Source of the DNA: Gemmobacter sp.
GTDB taxonomy: Bacteria > Pseudomonadota > Alphaproteobacteria > Rhodobacterales > Rhodobacteraceae
Assembly (NCBI GenBank): GCA_031260425.1
Contig: JAIRJX010000327.1
Coordinates: 1 to 55,510, forward strand
DNA length: 55,510 nt
Reading direction: 5' to 3'
Numbering within the stretch: the first letter of the stretch is position 1; each line of letters starts with the position of its first letter. Both the position numbers and the translations under genes were made by a program. The notes beneath the pieces are model-generated. The model was not told where the DNA came from and made no database searches. It saw only the letters and a list, made by a program, of their open reading frames with translations. Shown here one piece after another: positions 1 to 11,679 of this stretch.

Positions 1-2
1 GG

Positions 3-2174
3 CTGAAGCCGGTGCATCGCCGCATCCTTTATGCGATGCGCGAGCTCAGGCTTTCACCCGGCGGGGGGTTTCGCAAATCGGCCAAGATCTCGGGCGACGT
101 GATGGGCAACTATCACCCGCACGGTGATGCTGCGATCTATGACGCAATGGCGCGACTGGCGCAGGATTTCAACGTTCGCTACCCGCTGGTCGACGGGCAG
201 GGCAACTTTGGCAATATCGACGGCGACAGCCCGGCGGCCAGCCGCTATACCGAGGCGCGGCTGACTGCGGCGGCGGAACTGCTGATGGAAGGGCTGGCCG
301 AGAACGCGGTTGATTTCCGCCCCAATTACGACGGCACGCTGGAAGAGCCGGTGGTGATGCCGGCGGCCTTCCCGAACCTTCTGGCCAACGGTTCCAGCGG
401 GATCGCGGTCGGGATGGCGACGAATATCCCGCCGCATAATCTGCACGAGCTGATAGATGCCTGCCAGGCGATGATCGGTGATCCGGAGATGTCGGACGAG
501 GAACTGGTGAAGCTGGTGCCTGGCCCGGATTTTCCGACCGGTGGCGTGATCGTGGAGCCGCGTGAGAGCATCCTGGACGCCTACCGCAGCGGACGTGGCG
601 CCTTCCGGCTGCGCTCGCGCTGGCAGGTGGAGGATCTGGGGCGAGGACAATGGCAGATTGTCATCACGGAAATTCCCTATCAGGTGCAGAAATCCCGCCT
701 GATCGAGCGGTTGGCCGAGGTGATCCAGACCAAGAAGGTGCCGGCGCTCGCTGATGTGCGCGACGAATCTGCCGCCGATCTGCGTATCGTGCTGGAGCCG
801 CGCAGCCGCTCCATCGACCCCGAGATGCTGATGGGGATGTTGTTTCGGAACAGCGATCTGGAAATTCGCTTTAGCCTGAACATGAACGTACTGATTGATG
901 GCAAAGTGCCGAAGGTCTGCTCGTTGAAGGAGGTGCTGCGCGCCTTCCTCGACCATCGGCGCGACGTGTTGGGCCGCCGCACCCGCCACCGTATCGAGAA
1001 GATCGAGCACCGGCTGGAAATCCTCGACGGGTTCATCCTGACCTTCCTCAACCTCGACCGGGTGATCGACATCATCCGCTACGATGCGGACCCGAAGGCC
1101 GCGCTGATGGCCGAGGTCTGGGGCCGCAAGCACAGGCGTGCCACCGACGAGGCGGATTATGTGGCTCCGAAGCCGCGCAGCCCGGGCGATCTGAGCGAGC
1201 TGCAGGCCGAGGCCATCCTCAACATGCGGCTGCGCTCTCTGCGGAGGCTCGAGGAGATGGAGCTGATTGCCGAGCGGGATGAGCTGCGCGCCGAGCGGGA
1301 GGATCTGCTGGCACTGATGGAGGATGCGGGCCTGCAATGGGCGCGCATCGGCAGCGATCTGGCCGAGGTGCAGGCGCAGTTCGGCAAGGCTACCGAGATC
1401 GGCCGCCGCCGCACCGACTTCGCCGATATGACCGAGGCCGAAGAGGTGCCGCTGGAGGCGATGATTGAGCGCGAGCCGATTACCGTCATCTGCTCCAAAA
1501 TGGGCTGGATCCGGGCCATGAAGGGCCACCAGCCGCTTGATATCGACGCGAAGTTCAAGGACGGCGACGAGGGCCGCTTCATCTTCCATGCCGAGACGAT
1601 CGACCGGATTCTGGTCGTCGGTGCCAATGGCCGCTTCTACACGCTGGTCGGCGCCAACCTGCCCGGCGGGCGCGGCATGGGCGAGCCGGTGCGGTTGATG
1701 ATCGACCTGCCCAACGATGCGGGGATCATCGACCTGATGATCTGGCGTCCGGGTGAGAAGCTGCTGATCGCCTCGACCGCCGGCGATGGTTTCGTCGTGC
1801 CCTCGGAAGAGGTCGTGGCGCAGACCCGCGCGGGCAAGCAGGTGCTGACGGTGAAGGAGGGGGTGCGGACCGCGCTCTGCCATCGTATCGCCGGCGATCA
1901 TGTCGCGGTGGTGGGCGAGAACCGCAAGCTGCTGGTCTTCCCGGTGGCGGAATTGCCCGAGATGGCCAAGGGCAAGGGGGTGCGGCTCCAGAAATACAAG
2001 GATGGCGGTCTGTCGGACGCTACTACCTTCAACCTGGCTGATGGGCTGAGCTGGAAGGACCCCGCCGGCCGCACCCGCAGCGAGACCGACCTGACCCTGT
2101 GGCGTGGAGCCCGCGCCGCCTCGGGCGCCATGGCTCCGCGCGGCTTCCCGAGAGACAACCGCTTCACCGGCTAA
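3..2174 (+). CDS. parC: DNA topoisomerase IV subunit A (5' end lies outside the window)
   Basis: [30 protein letters not shown] and catalytic [10 protein letters not shown]; short C-terminal pinwheel with no GyrA box, ending RGFPRDNRF as in alphaproteobacterial ParC. Confidence 0.95.
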   Translation: MKPVHRRILYAMRELRLSPGGGFRKSAKISGDVMGNYHPHGDAAIYDAMARLAQDFNVRYPLVDGQGNFGNIDGDSPAASRYTEARLTAAAELLMEGLAENAVDFRPNYDGTLEEPVVMPAAFPNLLANGSSGIAVGMATNIPPHNLHELIDACQAMIGDPEMSDEELVKLVPGPDFPTGGVIVEPRESILDAYRSGRGAFRLRSRWQVEDLGRGQWQIVITEIPYQVQKSRLIERLAEVIQTKKVPALADVRDESAADLRIVLEPRSRSIDPEMLMGMLFRNSDLEIRFSLNMNVLIDGKVPKVCSLKEVLRAFLDHRRDVLGRRTRHRIEKIEHRLEILDGFILTFLNLDRVIDIIRYDADPKAALMAEVWGRKHRRATDEADYVAPKPRSPGDLSELQAEAILNMRLRSLRRLEEMELIAERDELRAEREDLLALMEDAGLQWARIGSDLAEVQAQFGKATEIGRRRTDFADMTEAEEVPLEAMIEREPITVICSKMGWIRAMKGHQPLDIDAKFKDGDEGRFIFHAETIDRILVVGANGRFYTLVGANLPGGRGMGEPVRLMIDLPNDAGIIDLMIWRPGEKLLIASTAGDGFVVPSEEVVAQTRAGKQVLTVKEGVRTALCHRIAGDHVAVVGENRKLLVFPVAELPEMAKGKGVRLQKYKDGGLSDATTFNLADGLSWKDPAGRTRSETDLTLWRGARAASGAMAPRGFPRDNRFTG

Positions 2175-2264
2175 GTCCCGGGACAGGTGGCGGCCTTGAC
2201 CCGAATCGCCCGGCGGGCCAAGCTGATCCGGCTATTTTCGGATACTATTCCAATTTTGGGAGAA

Positions 2265-3272
2265 ATGACCTTGCCCACCATCATTCTTGACCGCAGTTTT
2301 GGCGGCGTGGATCTCACCTCGAGCCAGCCGTTTGGTGGATTGTTCGATGCGGACGTCGGCACGCGGACGTCGAGCCGTCTAACCCTCACGGATAGCGGCG
2401 GTGCGTTCAGCTTCATCGGAACCGGCTTCAGTTACACGATGTCGGGCGGGAGGATCGTCGGCATTCCAACCGGAACCGTGACCCAGATGACCCAAAGCGT
2501 CGGGTCGCAGACGGTGCTGGACTGGACCGGGCTTTCGCTTTCCGCCAACAGATTCTTCAATCTGACTGCGGCAGGGAACTGGTCGCAGCTCAACACCTTC
2601 CTGCTGGGCAAGAGCGACGTTTTCCAACTGTCCGATGGCGACGACCGGGTAGCGAGTTTCGGTGGCCATGATCTGGTGGATGGCTTCGGCGGCAATGACC
2701 GGCTCTGGGGCGGCGCCGGCAATGATACGCTACGTGGCGGCGGGGGCGCAGACTCGCTCTATGGCGAGGCGGGGGCGGATGCGCTTTACGGCGGTGCCGG
2801 AAAGGATGCGCTTCAGGGCGGCAATGGCGCCGATCTGTTGCAGGGCGATGCCGGCGCGGATCGTCTGGAGGGCGGGGCCGGGACGGATACGCTGGTCGGT
2901 GGCGGCGGCAGGGACACGCTGTCCGGCGGCGCGGGAATCGACTGGTTGACCGGTGGTGCCGGGCAGGACGTGTTCTTCTTCGACCGGGCCGGGACCGTCG
3001 GGCGCGACATGATCGTCGATTTTACAAGCGGAGTGGACACCCTCCGACTCGACAAGAACGTGTTCGGCGGCTTCTCCTATGATGGCGCGCTGAGGGCTGA
3101 GGATTTCGTGGCCGGGACCGCCGCGATGGACAGGTCTGACCGGCTGATCTACGAGCAGTCGAGCGGCAATCTCTGGTATGACAGGAACGGCTCCGCCAAG
3201 GGCGGTCAGGTGCTGATTGCCGAACTGACCGATGGTACCGCGCTGGTGGCGAACGACATCTTCATCTTCTGA
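2265..3272 (+). CDS. RTX/hemolysin-type calcium-binding repeat protein, probable type I secretion substrate
   Basis: About 11 tandem GGxGxDxLx nonapeptides; C-terminal RDMIVDF...RLIYEQSSGNLWYD...DIFIF tail; start either ATG 2265 or TTG 2271 after GGGAGA. Confidence 0.88.
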   Translation: MTLPTIILDRSFGGVDLTSSQPFGGLFDADVGTRTSSRLTLTDSGGAFSFIGTGFSYTMSGGRIVGIPTGTVTQMTQSVGSQTVLDWTGLSLSANRFFNLTAAGNWSQLNTFLLGKSDVFQLSDGDDRVASFGGHDLVDGFGGNDRLWGGAGNDTLRGGGGADSLYGEAGADALYGGAGKDALQGGNGADLLQGDAGADRLEGGAGTDTLVGGGGRDTLSGGAGIDWLTGGAGQDVFFFDRAGTVGRDMIVDFTSGVDTLRLDKNVFGGFSYDGALRAEDFVAGTAAMDRSDRLIYEQSSGNLWYDRNGSAKGGQVLIAELTDGTALVANDIFIF

Positions 3273-3301
3273 TCCGCGCCGGGTCGGCGGGGGCAGCCGC
3301 G

Positions 3302-4381
3302 TTAGCGGCTGAGCCCGCTCGGCAGGTTCGGCAGGTCGAGCGCTGCGAAGCCATAATGCCTGAGCCAGCGCAGATCCGCCTCGAAGAAGGCCCGCAGGTC
3401 GGGGATGCCGTATTTCAGCATGGCGATACGGTCGATCCCCATGCCGAAGGCGAAGCCTTGCCATTCGTCGGGGTTCACTCCGGCGGCTTGCAGCACCTTC
3501 GGATGCACCATGCCGGAGCCGAGGATTTCCATCCACTTGTCACCCTCGCCGATTTTCAACTGGCCGCCCACGTTGGAATAGCGGATGTCGACCTCGGCCG
3601 AGGGCTCGGTGAAGGGGAAATGCGAGGCGCGGAACCGCAGTTCCACCTTGTCCACCTCGAAAAAGGCGCGGCAGAACTCTTCCAGGCACCATTTCAGGTT
3701 GGCCATCGAGATGTCGCGGTCGATGGCGAGCCCCTCGACCTGATGGAACATCGGGGTATGGGTCTGATCCATATCCATGCGATAGACCCGGCCCGGGGCG
3801 ATGACGCGGATCGGGGCGCCCTGTTCTGTCATGGCGCGGATCTGCACCGGCGAAGTATGGGTGCGCAGCACATGCGGCGGGCGATTATCGCCCGCGGCGC
3901 GGTGCATGAAGAAGGTGTCATGCTCCTGCCGCGCCGGATGCTCCGGCGGGATGTTCAACGCGTCGAAGTTATACCAATCGCTTTCGATCTGCGGCCCCTC
4001 GGCGACCGAGAAACCCATATCCGCGAAGATCGCGGTCAACTCGTCCATCACCTGCGACACCGGATGGATGCTGCCCGCCCGGCGCGGCCGGCCCGGCAGG
4101 GTCACGTCCAGCCATTCCGATTTCAGCCGCTCGTCCAGCGCCGCATCGGCAAGGGCGGCCTTGCGAGCGCGCAGAGCGGCGTCGATCTCGTCCTTCAGCA
4201 GGTTCAGCATGGCCCCGGCGGCCTTGCGCTCCTCCGGGTCCATCTTGCCGAGTGTCGCCATCCGGGCCGAAATCTCGCCCTTCTTGCCGAGGGCGGCGAT
4301 GCGCACTTCCTCCAGCGCTGCCTCATCGGCGGCCCCGGCGACGGCTTCGATATATTTGCCACGCAGTTCGCTGAGGTCCAT
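3302..4381 (-). CDS. pheS: Phenylalanine-tRNA ligase alpha subunit
   Basis: [45 protein letters not shown]; ATG at 4381 preceded by GGAGG. Confidence 0.97.
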   Translation of the reverse strand: MDLSELRGKYIEAVAGAADEAALEEVRIAALGKKGEISARMATLGKMDPEERKAAGAMLNLLKDEIDAALRARKAALADAALDERLKSEWLDVTLPGRPRRAGSIHPVSQVMDELTAIFADMGFSVAEGPQIESDWYNFDALNIPPEHPARQEHDTFFMHRAAGDNRPPHVLRTHTSPVQIRAMTEQGAPIRVIAPGRVYRMDMDQTHTPMFHQVEGLAIDRDISMANLKWCLEEFCRAFFEVDKVELRFRASHFPFTEPSAEVDIRYSNVGGQLKIGEGDKWMEILGSGMVHPKVLQAAGVNPDEWQGFAFGMGIDRIAMLKYGIPDLRAFFEADLRWLRHYGFAALDLPNLPSGLSR

Positions 4382-4540
4382 TCCACCCTCCGTATCCTTG
4401 CGCGAGGTAGCTAGCGGGGCAGGGGCGGATTTGCAAGGCCGGCGCGGGTCAGCAGAGGCCGGGTGCCGCGAATTAGCCTCCTGTCCGGCCTTTCCTGTCA
4501 TGCAGAGAGGACAGGCTGCAAGTCGCCGTCACACAAAAGC

Positions 4541-4571
4541 AAAAGGCTCCGCGCGGGCGCGGAGCCTTTTT
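4541..4571. terminator. Intrinsic terminator after rplT (symmetrical A and T tracts)
   Basis: AAAAGGCTCCGCGC-GG-GCGCGGAGCCTTTTT perfect stem. Confidence 0.85.
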
Positions 4572-4590
4572 CGTTCCTGGTGCGGGCGGA

Positions 4591-4953
4591 TCAGGCCAGC
4601 GCGGCCTTGGCCTGTGCCGCGATGGCGTTGAACGCCTCGGGCTCATGCACGGCCAGATCGGCCAGAACCTTGCGGTCCACCTCGATCCCGGCTTTCGCCA
4701 GACCATTGATGAAGCGCGAATAGGTCATTTCGAGGTCGAACAGCCGGACGGCGGCGTTGATCCGCTGGATCCACAACGCGCGGAAATTGCGCTTGCGGGT
4801 CTTGCGGTCGCGGGTCGCATATTGGTTGGCCTTGTCGACGGCCTGGGTCGCAGTGCGGAAATTGGTCGAGCGGGCGGCGTAATAGCCTTTCGCCTGGCCG
4901 ATGACCTTGCGGTGACGCGCATGGGTCACCTTACCGGATTTGACGCGGGACAT
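4591..4953 (-). CDS. rplT: 50S ribosomal protein L20
   Basis: MSRVKSG...[21 protein letters not shown]...DRKVLADLA. Confidence 0.98.
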   Translation of the reverse strand: MSRVKSGKVTHARHRKVIGQAKGYYAARSTNFRTATQAVDKANQYATRDRKTRKRNFRALWIQRINAAVRLFDLEMTYSRFINGLAKAGIEVDRKVLADLAVHEPEAFNAIAAQAKAALA

Positions 4954-4965
4954 GTGTCTGGCTCC

Positions 4966-5166
4966 TCAGCGATCGTAGGGCATGTATTTCTTGACGATCT
5001 TGGCGTCGGCGTCGCACAGGATCATCGTGCCGGAGGCGTCGCGCACGAATTTGGTGGTGCGCTTGATCATGCCGTGACGCTTGCCCGCAGGGCCTGCCTT
5101 CACGCGACCGGAAGCCGTGAAGCTGAAACGCTTCTTGGCTGCCGATTTGGTCTTCATCTTGGGCAT
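4966..5166 (-). CDS. rpmI: 50S ribosomal protein L35
   Basis: [14 protein letters not shown]...GKRHGM; GAGGAG ribosome-binding site; directly upstream of rplT. Confidence 0.97.
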   Translation of the reverse strand: MPKMKTKSAAKKRFSFTASGRVKAGPAGKRHGMIKRTTKFVRDASGTMILCDADAKIVKKYMPYDR

Positions 5167-5242
5167 TTCCATCTCCTCGTTGAGAGTGAACGCGCGACTC
5201 GGCAATGCCACGGAGGCCGGCCGCGCGGGAATAGAGCGCGCC

Positions 5243-5271
5243 ATATAGGACGCATCCGGGAAAAGCGCAAG
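5243..5271 (-). promoter_or_regulatory. Putative promoter of rpmI-rplT
   Basis: Minus strand CTTGCG-N17-CTATAT, matching the alphaproteobacterial CTTGAC-N17-CTATAT consensus. Confidence 0.55.
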
Positions 5272-5276
5272 TCCGG

Positions 5277-5507
5277 CTATCGGAGGTGAATGATCTCGCC
5301 GACCAGCCGGTAGAAGGCGTTCGGAATGTCCCACAGCCCATAGCCGCCCGGCTTCGTGACCCAGCCCAACGCGATCAGCGCCACCGCGGTCAGCATGAAG
5401 ATGATGGACATGCGCGGCTTCTGCCCGATATCCAGCACCCGGAAAAAGGAGGAAATCGACAGGGTGCTCAGCACGATGCCGCTTACTAGATACAGATCCG
5501 AACTCAT
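5277..5507 (-). CDS. Small membrane protein with two predicted TM helices (76 aa)
   Basis: Two hydrophobic segments plus an amphipathic tail ([16 protein letters not shown]); GGGG ribosome-binding site; co-oriented between pyk and rpmI. Confidence 0.75.
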   Translation of the reverse strand: MSSDLYLVSGIVLSTLSISSFFRVLDIGQKPRMSIIFMLTAVALIALGWVTKPGGYGLWDIPNAFYRLVGEIIHLR

Positions 5508-5536
5508 GTGTTCCCCCGATCAGATACCGTAGCAGG

Positions 5537-6982
<1,446 letters not shown>

Positions 6983-7058
6983 CGGTCTGTCCTCATTCCC
7001 GCAGTGTTCGGCTTTGCTTCCCGTTATGCCGGAAAGCGGCTTTCCGGGCAATCTGCGT

Positions 7059-7072
7059 TGATAGCGTTAACA
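7059..7072. promoter_or_regulatory. LacI-family-like operator in the divergent pyk / amidohydrolase region
   Basis: TGATAGCGTTAACA near-palindrome with central CG. Confidence 0.45.
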
Positions 7073-7155
7073 GTCGCAGTGAATCGTATTTGCGGGATTC
7101 CCTTTGGCCCGGCCATCGCCTATGCCAAAAGACAACGCTTTCAGGTGACGCGGGT

Positions 7156-7935
7156 ATGACGTTTCCTCCCTTTACGATCGAAGGTGCCGGGCGACCCGGC
7201 CGCTGGCTGGTGACCTGCGACCATGCGACCAACCGGGTTCCGGCAGAGATCGGTGACGGTGATCTCGGCATCGCTCCCGCCGATATGGCGCGGCATATCG
7301 CCTATGACGTGGGGGCGGCGGGGCTGGCGCGGGCGCTTGGCCGGCATCTCGACAGTCCGGTGATCTGCTCGGATTTCTCGCGCCTCGTGATTGACCCGAA
7401 CCGGGGAGAAGATGACCCGACGCTTGTGATGAAGCTTTATGACGGCACCATCGTCCCGACCAATCGCCATGTGGACGCAATGGAGGTGGAGCGGCGGCTG
7501 GAGACACTCTATCGGCCCTATCATGCGGCGCTGGCCGAACTGGCGGCGCGGCGGGCCGATACGGTGATCCTCGCGATCCACAGCTTCACCCCGTGCCTGC
7601 GTGGGCGGGCGCCTCGGCCCTGGCACGTGGGTGTGCTCTATAGCGATACCGATGCGCGGCTGTCGCAGCCGCTGGTCGCCCGGTTGCGGCAGGAAGAAGA
7701 CCTTTGTATCGGCGATAACCAGCCCTATGCCGGCTATCTGCCGGGCGATGCCGTCGACCGCCATGCCTTGCAGCCGGGCCGGCACAACACGCTGATCGAG
7801 TTGCGCAACGACCTGATCATCGACGCGTCCGGGCAGGAGGCCTGGGCCGTGCGCCTCGCACCGATCCTGGCGGAGGTGCTGGCGGGGCTCGATCAAGCGC
7901 TGGCGGCGCAGGGCGCGCGGATTGCCACGAGTTAG
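7156..7935 (+). CDS. N-formylglutamate amidohydrolase family protein
   Basis: VTCDHATN, HIAYDVGA, FSRLVIDPNR, YRPYH, IHSFTP, LIELRND. Confidence 0.9.
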   Translation: MTFPPFTIEGAGRPGRWLVTCDHATNRVPAEIGDGDLGIAPADMARHIAYDVGAAGLARALGRHLDSPVICSDFSRLVIDPNRGEDDPTLVMKLYDGTIVPTNRHVDAMEVERRLETLYRPYHAALAELAARRADTVILAIHSFTPCLRGRAPRPWHVGVLYSDTDARLSQPLVARLRQEEDLCIGDNQPYAGYLPGDAVDRHALQPGRHNTLIELRNDLIIDASGQEAWAVRLAPILAEVLAGLDQALAAQGARIATS

Positions 7936-7978
7936 AGGCGCGTCCGTGTTGATCACCGTGTGAGCAGTTCCCCTTGCT

Positions 7979-8145
7979 CGGAACAAGGCGTGCCGCACCG
8001 CCGGGCAGTTCCCGCCCCCCCCCGGTCGGGCGCTTTGTCACCACAAGCGCGGGGATTGGGCATAGGCGGGGTTGCGCCATAAAGTGGCGACCACAATTGT
8101 CTCAGTACCTACCCGTGGTCGGGCGCTGCCCTCCGTCGTACGGGG
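7979..8145 (+). repeat. Dispersed intergenic element family A, copy 1
   Basis: Shares CGGAACAAGGC, CCGCCGGGCAG, GGGCGCTTTGTCACCAC, GCCATAAAGTGRCGACC and GGTCGGGCGCYGCCC in the same order with 21886-22068. Confidence 0.85.
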
Positions 8146-8282
8146 TGAAAGGTAAGGGAGTATGTGGCCGAATGAGCCGCAGGGAAATGCCAAGCGGCCA
8201 AATGGTTCAGACTCCCCATTTTCCGAAGAGTCGCCAGCAGGAGGCTCATTACGGTGGCCGAGGGAAACCCCGGCCCTTCCCC

Positions 8283-9143
8283 TCACACCGCCTTCTTGCG
8301 CATCTCGTCGATATAGATCTCCCGCAGTCGCGTCGCCACCGGACCGACCTGGCCGGAACCTACCGGCGCGCCGTCCACCTCGACCACTGGCATCACGAAG
8401 GCCGAGGCGGAGGTGATGAAGGCCTCATCCGCGCCCTGCGCCTCGGCGATGGTGAAGTTGCGCTCCTCCACTTCCATCTGCGCCTCGGCGGCCAGCCGCA
8501 GCACCGCCGCGCGGGTGATACCGTGCAGGATGTCGTTCGACAGGGCGCGGGTGATGATACGGCCACCCTTCACGATATAGGCGTTGTTGGAACTGCCCTC
8601 GGTCACGCAGCCATCCTCGACAAGCCAGGCGTCGTCGGCCCCTGCCGCCTTCGCCGCCATCTTCGCCATCGAGGGGTAAAGCAGTTGCACCGTCTTGATG
8701 TCGCGCCGCCCCCAGCGGATATCCGGGACCGAAATCACCTTCCAGCCGGCCTTTGCAGCGGGTGCCTCGGCCATGCCGGGCTTCGACTGGGTGAACAGCA
8801 CCACTGTTGGTGGAGTATCCGTGGGCGGAAAGGCGAAATCGCGGTCCCCCGGATTGCCGCGCGTCACCTGCAGATAGACCAGGCCATCCTCGACCCCGTT
8901 CCGCGCCACCAACTCGCGATGGATCGCCAGCCATTCATCGTTGCTATGGGGGTTGCGGATCTCCAGCTCGCCCAGCGAGCGGGCGAGGCGGGCGCAGTGG
9001 CCCGCAAAGTCGATGAGCCTGCCGCCCAGAACGCTCGTCACTTCATAGACGCCATCGGCCATCAGGAAGCCGCGATCGAAGACTGAAATCTTCGCTTCCT
9101 GTTCCGGCAGATAGTCTCCGTTTACATAGACGGTGCGGCTCAT
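8283..9143 (-). CDS. dat: D-amino-acid transaminase (class IV PLP aminotransferase)
   Basis: ISVFDRGFLMADGVYEV, VYLQVTRG, RRDIKT (PLP lysine), TEGSSNN, ILHGITR. Confidence 0.93.
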   Translation of the reverse strand: MSRTVYVNGDYLPEQEAKISVFDRGFLMADGVYEVTSVLGGRLIDFAGHCARLARSLGELEIRNPHSNDEWLAIHRELVARNGVEDGLVYLQVTRGNPGDRDFAFPPTDTPPTVVLFTQSKPGMAEAPAAKAGWKVISVPDIRWGRRDIKTVQLLYPSMAKMAAKAAGADDAWLVEDGCVTEGSSNNAYIVKGGRIITRALSNDILHGITRAAVLRLAAEAQMEVEERNFTIAEAQGADEAFITSASAFVMPVVEVDGAPVGSGQVGPVATRLREIYIDEMRKKAV

Positions 9144-9353
9144 CTTCTCGTTCCTCGGCCCAGCCCTGCAATAGGGGTGATGTGCGGCAGGCCGAAGAGC
9201 AGGTCAAGAACCAATACGGTGATGCCGCCGTGCAGCGCCATTGCTGCGGCCGCAAATCGCCCTTGCCAATTATCGCGCAACAATCTACCGCTACCTGCGC
9301 GCTGGCTGCAATATCCTTACCACGAGCCAGGTATCCTTGCCGAGAGATTGACC

Positions 9354-10316
9354 ATGAGCTTCCGCATCCAGCCCGCCGCTCCCGCCCGTCCGAACCGTTG
9401 CCAGCTTTTCGGCCCCGGCTCCCGGCCCGCCCTGTTCGAGAAGATGGCGGCGAGTGCTGCGGATGTGATCAACCTTGATCTGGAAGATTCGGTCGCTCCC
9501 GACGACAAGCCGCAGGCGCGGCTGAACATCATCGAGGCGCTCAACACGCTGGACTGGGGCAAGAAGACCCTCTCCGTGCGCATCAACGGGCTGGACACGC
9601 CGTTCTGGTATCAGGACGTGGTGCAGGTTCTGGAAAATGCCGGCGACCGGCTCGACCAGATCATGATCCCGAAGGTCGGCTGTGCGGCGGATGTCTATGC
9701 GGTGGACGCGCTGGTCACCGCCATCGAGCGTGCCAAGGGGCGGGTAAAGCCGCTCAGCTTCGAAGTGATCATCGAAACGGCGGCCGGCATCGCCCATGTC
9801 GAGGAGATCGCCGCTTCCAGCCCGCGCCTGCAGGCAATGAGCCTTGGTGCGGCCGATTTCGCGGCCTCTATGGGGATGCAGACCACCGGTATCGGCGGCA
9901 CGCAGGAAAACTATTACATGCACCGCGAGGGGCAGAAATACTGGTCCGATCCCTGGCATTGGGCGCAGGCCGCCATCGTCGCCGCCTGCCGCACCCATGG
10001 GGTGCTGCCGGTCGACGGGCCGTTCGGCGACTTTTCGGATGACGAGGGCTTTCGCGCGCAGGCCCGCCGCTCGGCCACGCTGGGCATGGTGGGCAAATGG
10101 GCGATCCACCCCAAGCAGGTCGCGCTGGCCAATGAGGTCTTCACCCCCTCCGAACAGGCGGTGACCGAGGCGCGCGAAATTCTCGCTGCGATGGAGGCCG
10201 CGAAGGCGGCGGGGCAGGGGGCTGCGGTCTACAAGGGGCGGCTTGTCGACATCGCGTCGATGCGGCAGGCCGAGGTGATCGTGCGGCAGGCGGAGATCAT
10301 CGCCGGCGGCGCGTGA
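9354..10316 (+). CDS. mcl1: L-malyl-CoA/beta-methylmalyl-CoA lyase (CitE/HpcH family)
   Basis: MSFRIQPAAPARPNRCQLFGPGS, DLEDSVAP, GAADFAASMG, VDGPFGDFSD, GKWAIHP. Confidence 0.9.
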   Translation: MSFRIQPAAPARPNRCQLFGPGSRPALFEKMAASAADVINLDLEDSVAPDDKPQARLNIIEALNTLDWGKKTLSVRINGLDTPFWYQDVVQVLENAGDRLDQIMIPKVGCAADVYAVDALVTAIERAKGRVKPLSFEVIIETAAGIAHVEEIAASSPRLQAMSLGAADFAASMGMQTTGIGGTQENYYMHREGQKYWSDPWHWAQAAIVAACRTHGVLPVDGPFGDFSDDEGFRAQARRSATLGMVGKWAIHPKQVALANEVFTPSEQAVTEAREILAAMEAAKAAGQGAAVYKGRLVDIASMRQAEVIVRQAEIIAGGA

Positions 10317-10552
10317 GGACCTGTTGACGGTGTGGTGAAGCGGGGGCTCTGCTCAAGGTCATAGGGTTCCGGGCATTCACCGCTCGCCAAAGGAATGCCC
10401 GTGCCGCCAGCGGGGAGAGGAGGCCCTCGGCGGCATCAAGGGGAGGAGCGGGCCCCGCAGCCCCGGTCGCGGGGCCTTGTCGCTTTTCACCGCTTCGGTT
10501 GCATATCTGCTGCCGCGGGGGCATATAGCCGGGGTCACTTGTGGAGTGCCCG

Positions 10553-11512
10553 ATGAACTATCTCGAATTCGAAAAGCCGCTGGCCGAGATCGAAGGCAAG
10601 GCCGAGGAGCTCCGGGCCATGGCGCGGGCCAACAAGGAAATGGATGTCGAGAAGGAGGCGGCGGCGCTGGACCGCAAGGCCGAGACGCTGCTGAAAGACC
10701 TCTACAGGGATTTGACGCCCTGGCGGAAATGCCAGGTCGCACGCCATCCGGACCGTCCGCATTGCCGCGACTACATCGACACGCTGTTTACCGAATATAC
10801 CCCGCTCGCCGGAGATCGCGCCTTCGCCGATGATCACGCGGTGATGGGGGGGCTCGCCCGTTTCAACGACCTGCCGGTGGTGGTGATCGGCCACGAGAAG
10901 GGCAATGACACCAAGAGCCGGATCGAGCGCAATTTCGGCATGGCCCGCCCCGAGGGCTATCGCAAGGCGATCCGGCTGATGGATATGGCGCATCGCTTCG
11001 GTCTGCCGGTGGTGACGCTGGTGGACACGCCCGGTGCTTATCCCGGCAAGGGCGCGGAAGAGCGCGGGCAGGCCGAGGCGATTGCCCGCTCGACCGAGAA
11101 ATGCCTTCAGATCGGCGTGCCGCTGATCTCGGTGATCGTGGGCGAGGGCGGTTCCGGCGGGGCGGTGGCCTTCGCCACGGCCAACCGCATCGCCATGCTG
11201 GAACATTCGGTCTATTCGGTGATCTCGCCCGAAGGCTGCGCCTCGATCCTGTGGAAGGATGCCGAGAAGATGCGCGAGGCGGCCGAGGCGCTGCGTCTGA
11301 CCGCGCAGGATCTGCAGAAGCTGGGCGTGATCGACCGCATCATCAAGGAGCCGCCGGGTGGTGCGCAACGTGGCCGCCGCGAAACCGTCGAGGCCGTGGG
11401 CAAGGCGCTGGAAACCATGCTGAAGGAGCTTTCGGGCAAGAAGCCCGAGCTGCTGGTGCGGGAACGGCGGCAGAAATTCCTCGATATGGGCTCGAAAGGA
11501 CTGGCGGCCTGA
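10553..11512 (+). CDS. accA: Acetyl-CoA carboxylase carboxyltransferase alpha subunit
   Basis: [54 protein letters not shown]. Confidence 0.97.
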   Translation: MNYLEFEKPLAEIEGKAEELRAMARANKEMDVEKEAAALDRKAETLLKDLYRDLTPWRKCQVARHPDRPHCRDYIDTLFTEYTPLAGDRAFADDHAVMGGLARFNDLPVVVIGHEKGNDTKSRIERNFGMARPEGYRKAIRLMDMAHRFGLPVVTLVDTPGAYPGKGAEERGQAEAIARSTEKCLQIGVPLISVIVGEGGSGGAVAFATANRIAMLEHSVYSVISPEGCASILWKDAEKMREAAEALRLTAQDLQKLGVIDRIIKEPPGGAQRGRRETVEAVGKALETMLKELSGKKPELLVRERRQKFLDMGSKGLAA

Positions 11513-11566
11513 CCCGCGCAGCCCCGATGTGAGCGCTGCTCGTCCAATGCGCAAAAGGGGGTGCTC

Positions 11567-11678
11567 GCGTACCCACTTGAGCCTTCAGCTTAATTCGCCC
11601 CCGGAGGATATGTTCAGACGGAAAATGAACAAGAGGGTCCTTCCCTCATTTTCTGTTCAGAAATACCTTGAGGTGAGG
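11567..11678. repeat. Inverted pair of short REP-like elements (family B)
   Basis: Reverse complement of 11604-11628 (TCATTTTCCGTCTGAACATATCCTC) resembles 11646-11670 (TCATTTTCTGTTCAGAAATACCTTG). Confidence 0.55.
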
Positions 11679-11679
11679 C

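Noticed and set aside
1110-1195. Roughly 20-aa insertion in ParC (EVWGRKH...SPGD)
   Set aside because: In frame, no intein motifs; probably a family-wide indel
54-1901. Long antisense ORFs (also 15461-17356, 22549-24528, 31810-33678, 36981-38744, 48488-50488)
   Set aside because: Shadow frames of well-identified genes in high-GC DNA; no recognisable motifs
2640-2980. 27-bp periodicity
   Set aside because: Coding RTX nonapeptide repeats, not a non-coding array
7974-9086. ORFs 7974-9086 and 21761-22168 share the peptide RPPxxGRFVTTSA
   Set aside because: Explained by the DNA repeat; no ribosome-binding site, and the frame is not kept in the other copies
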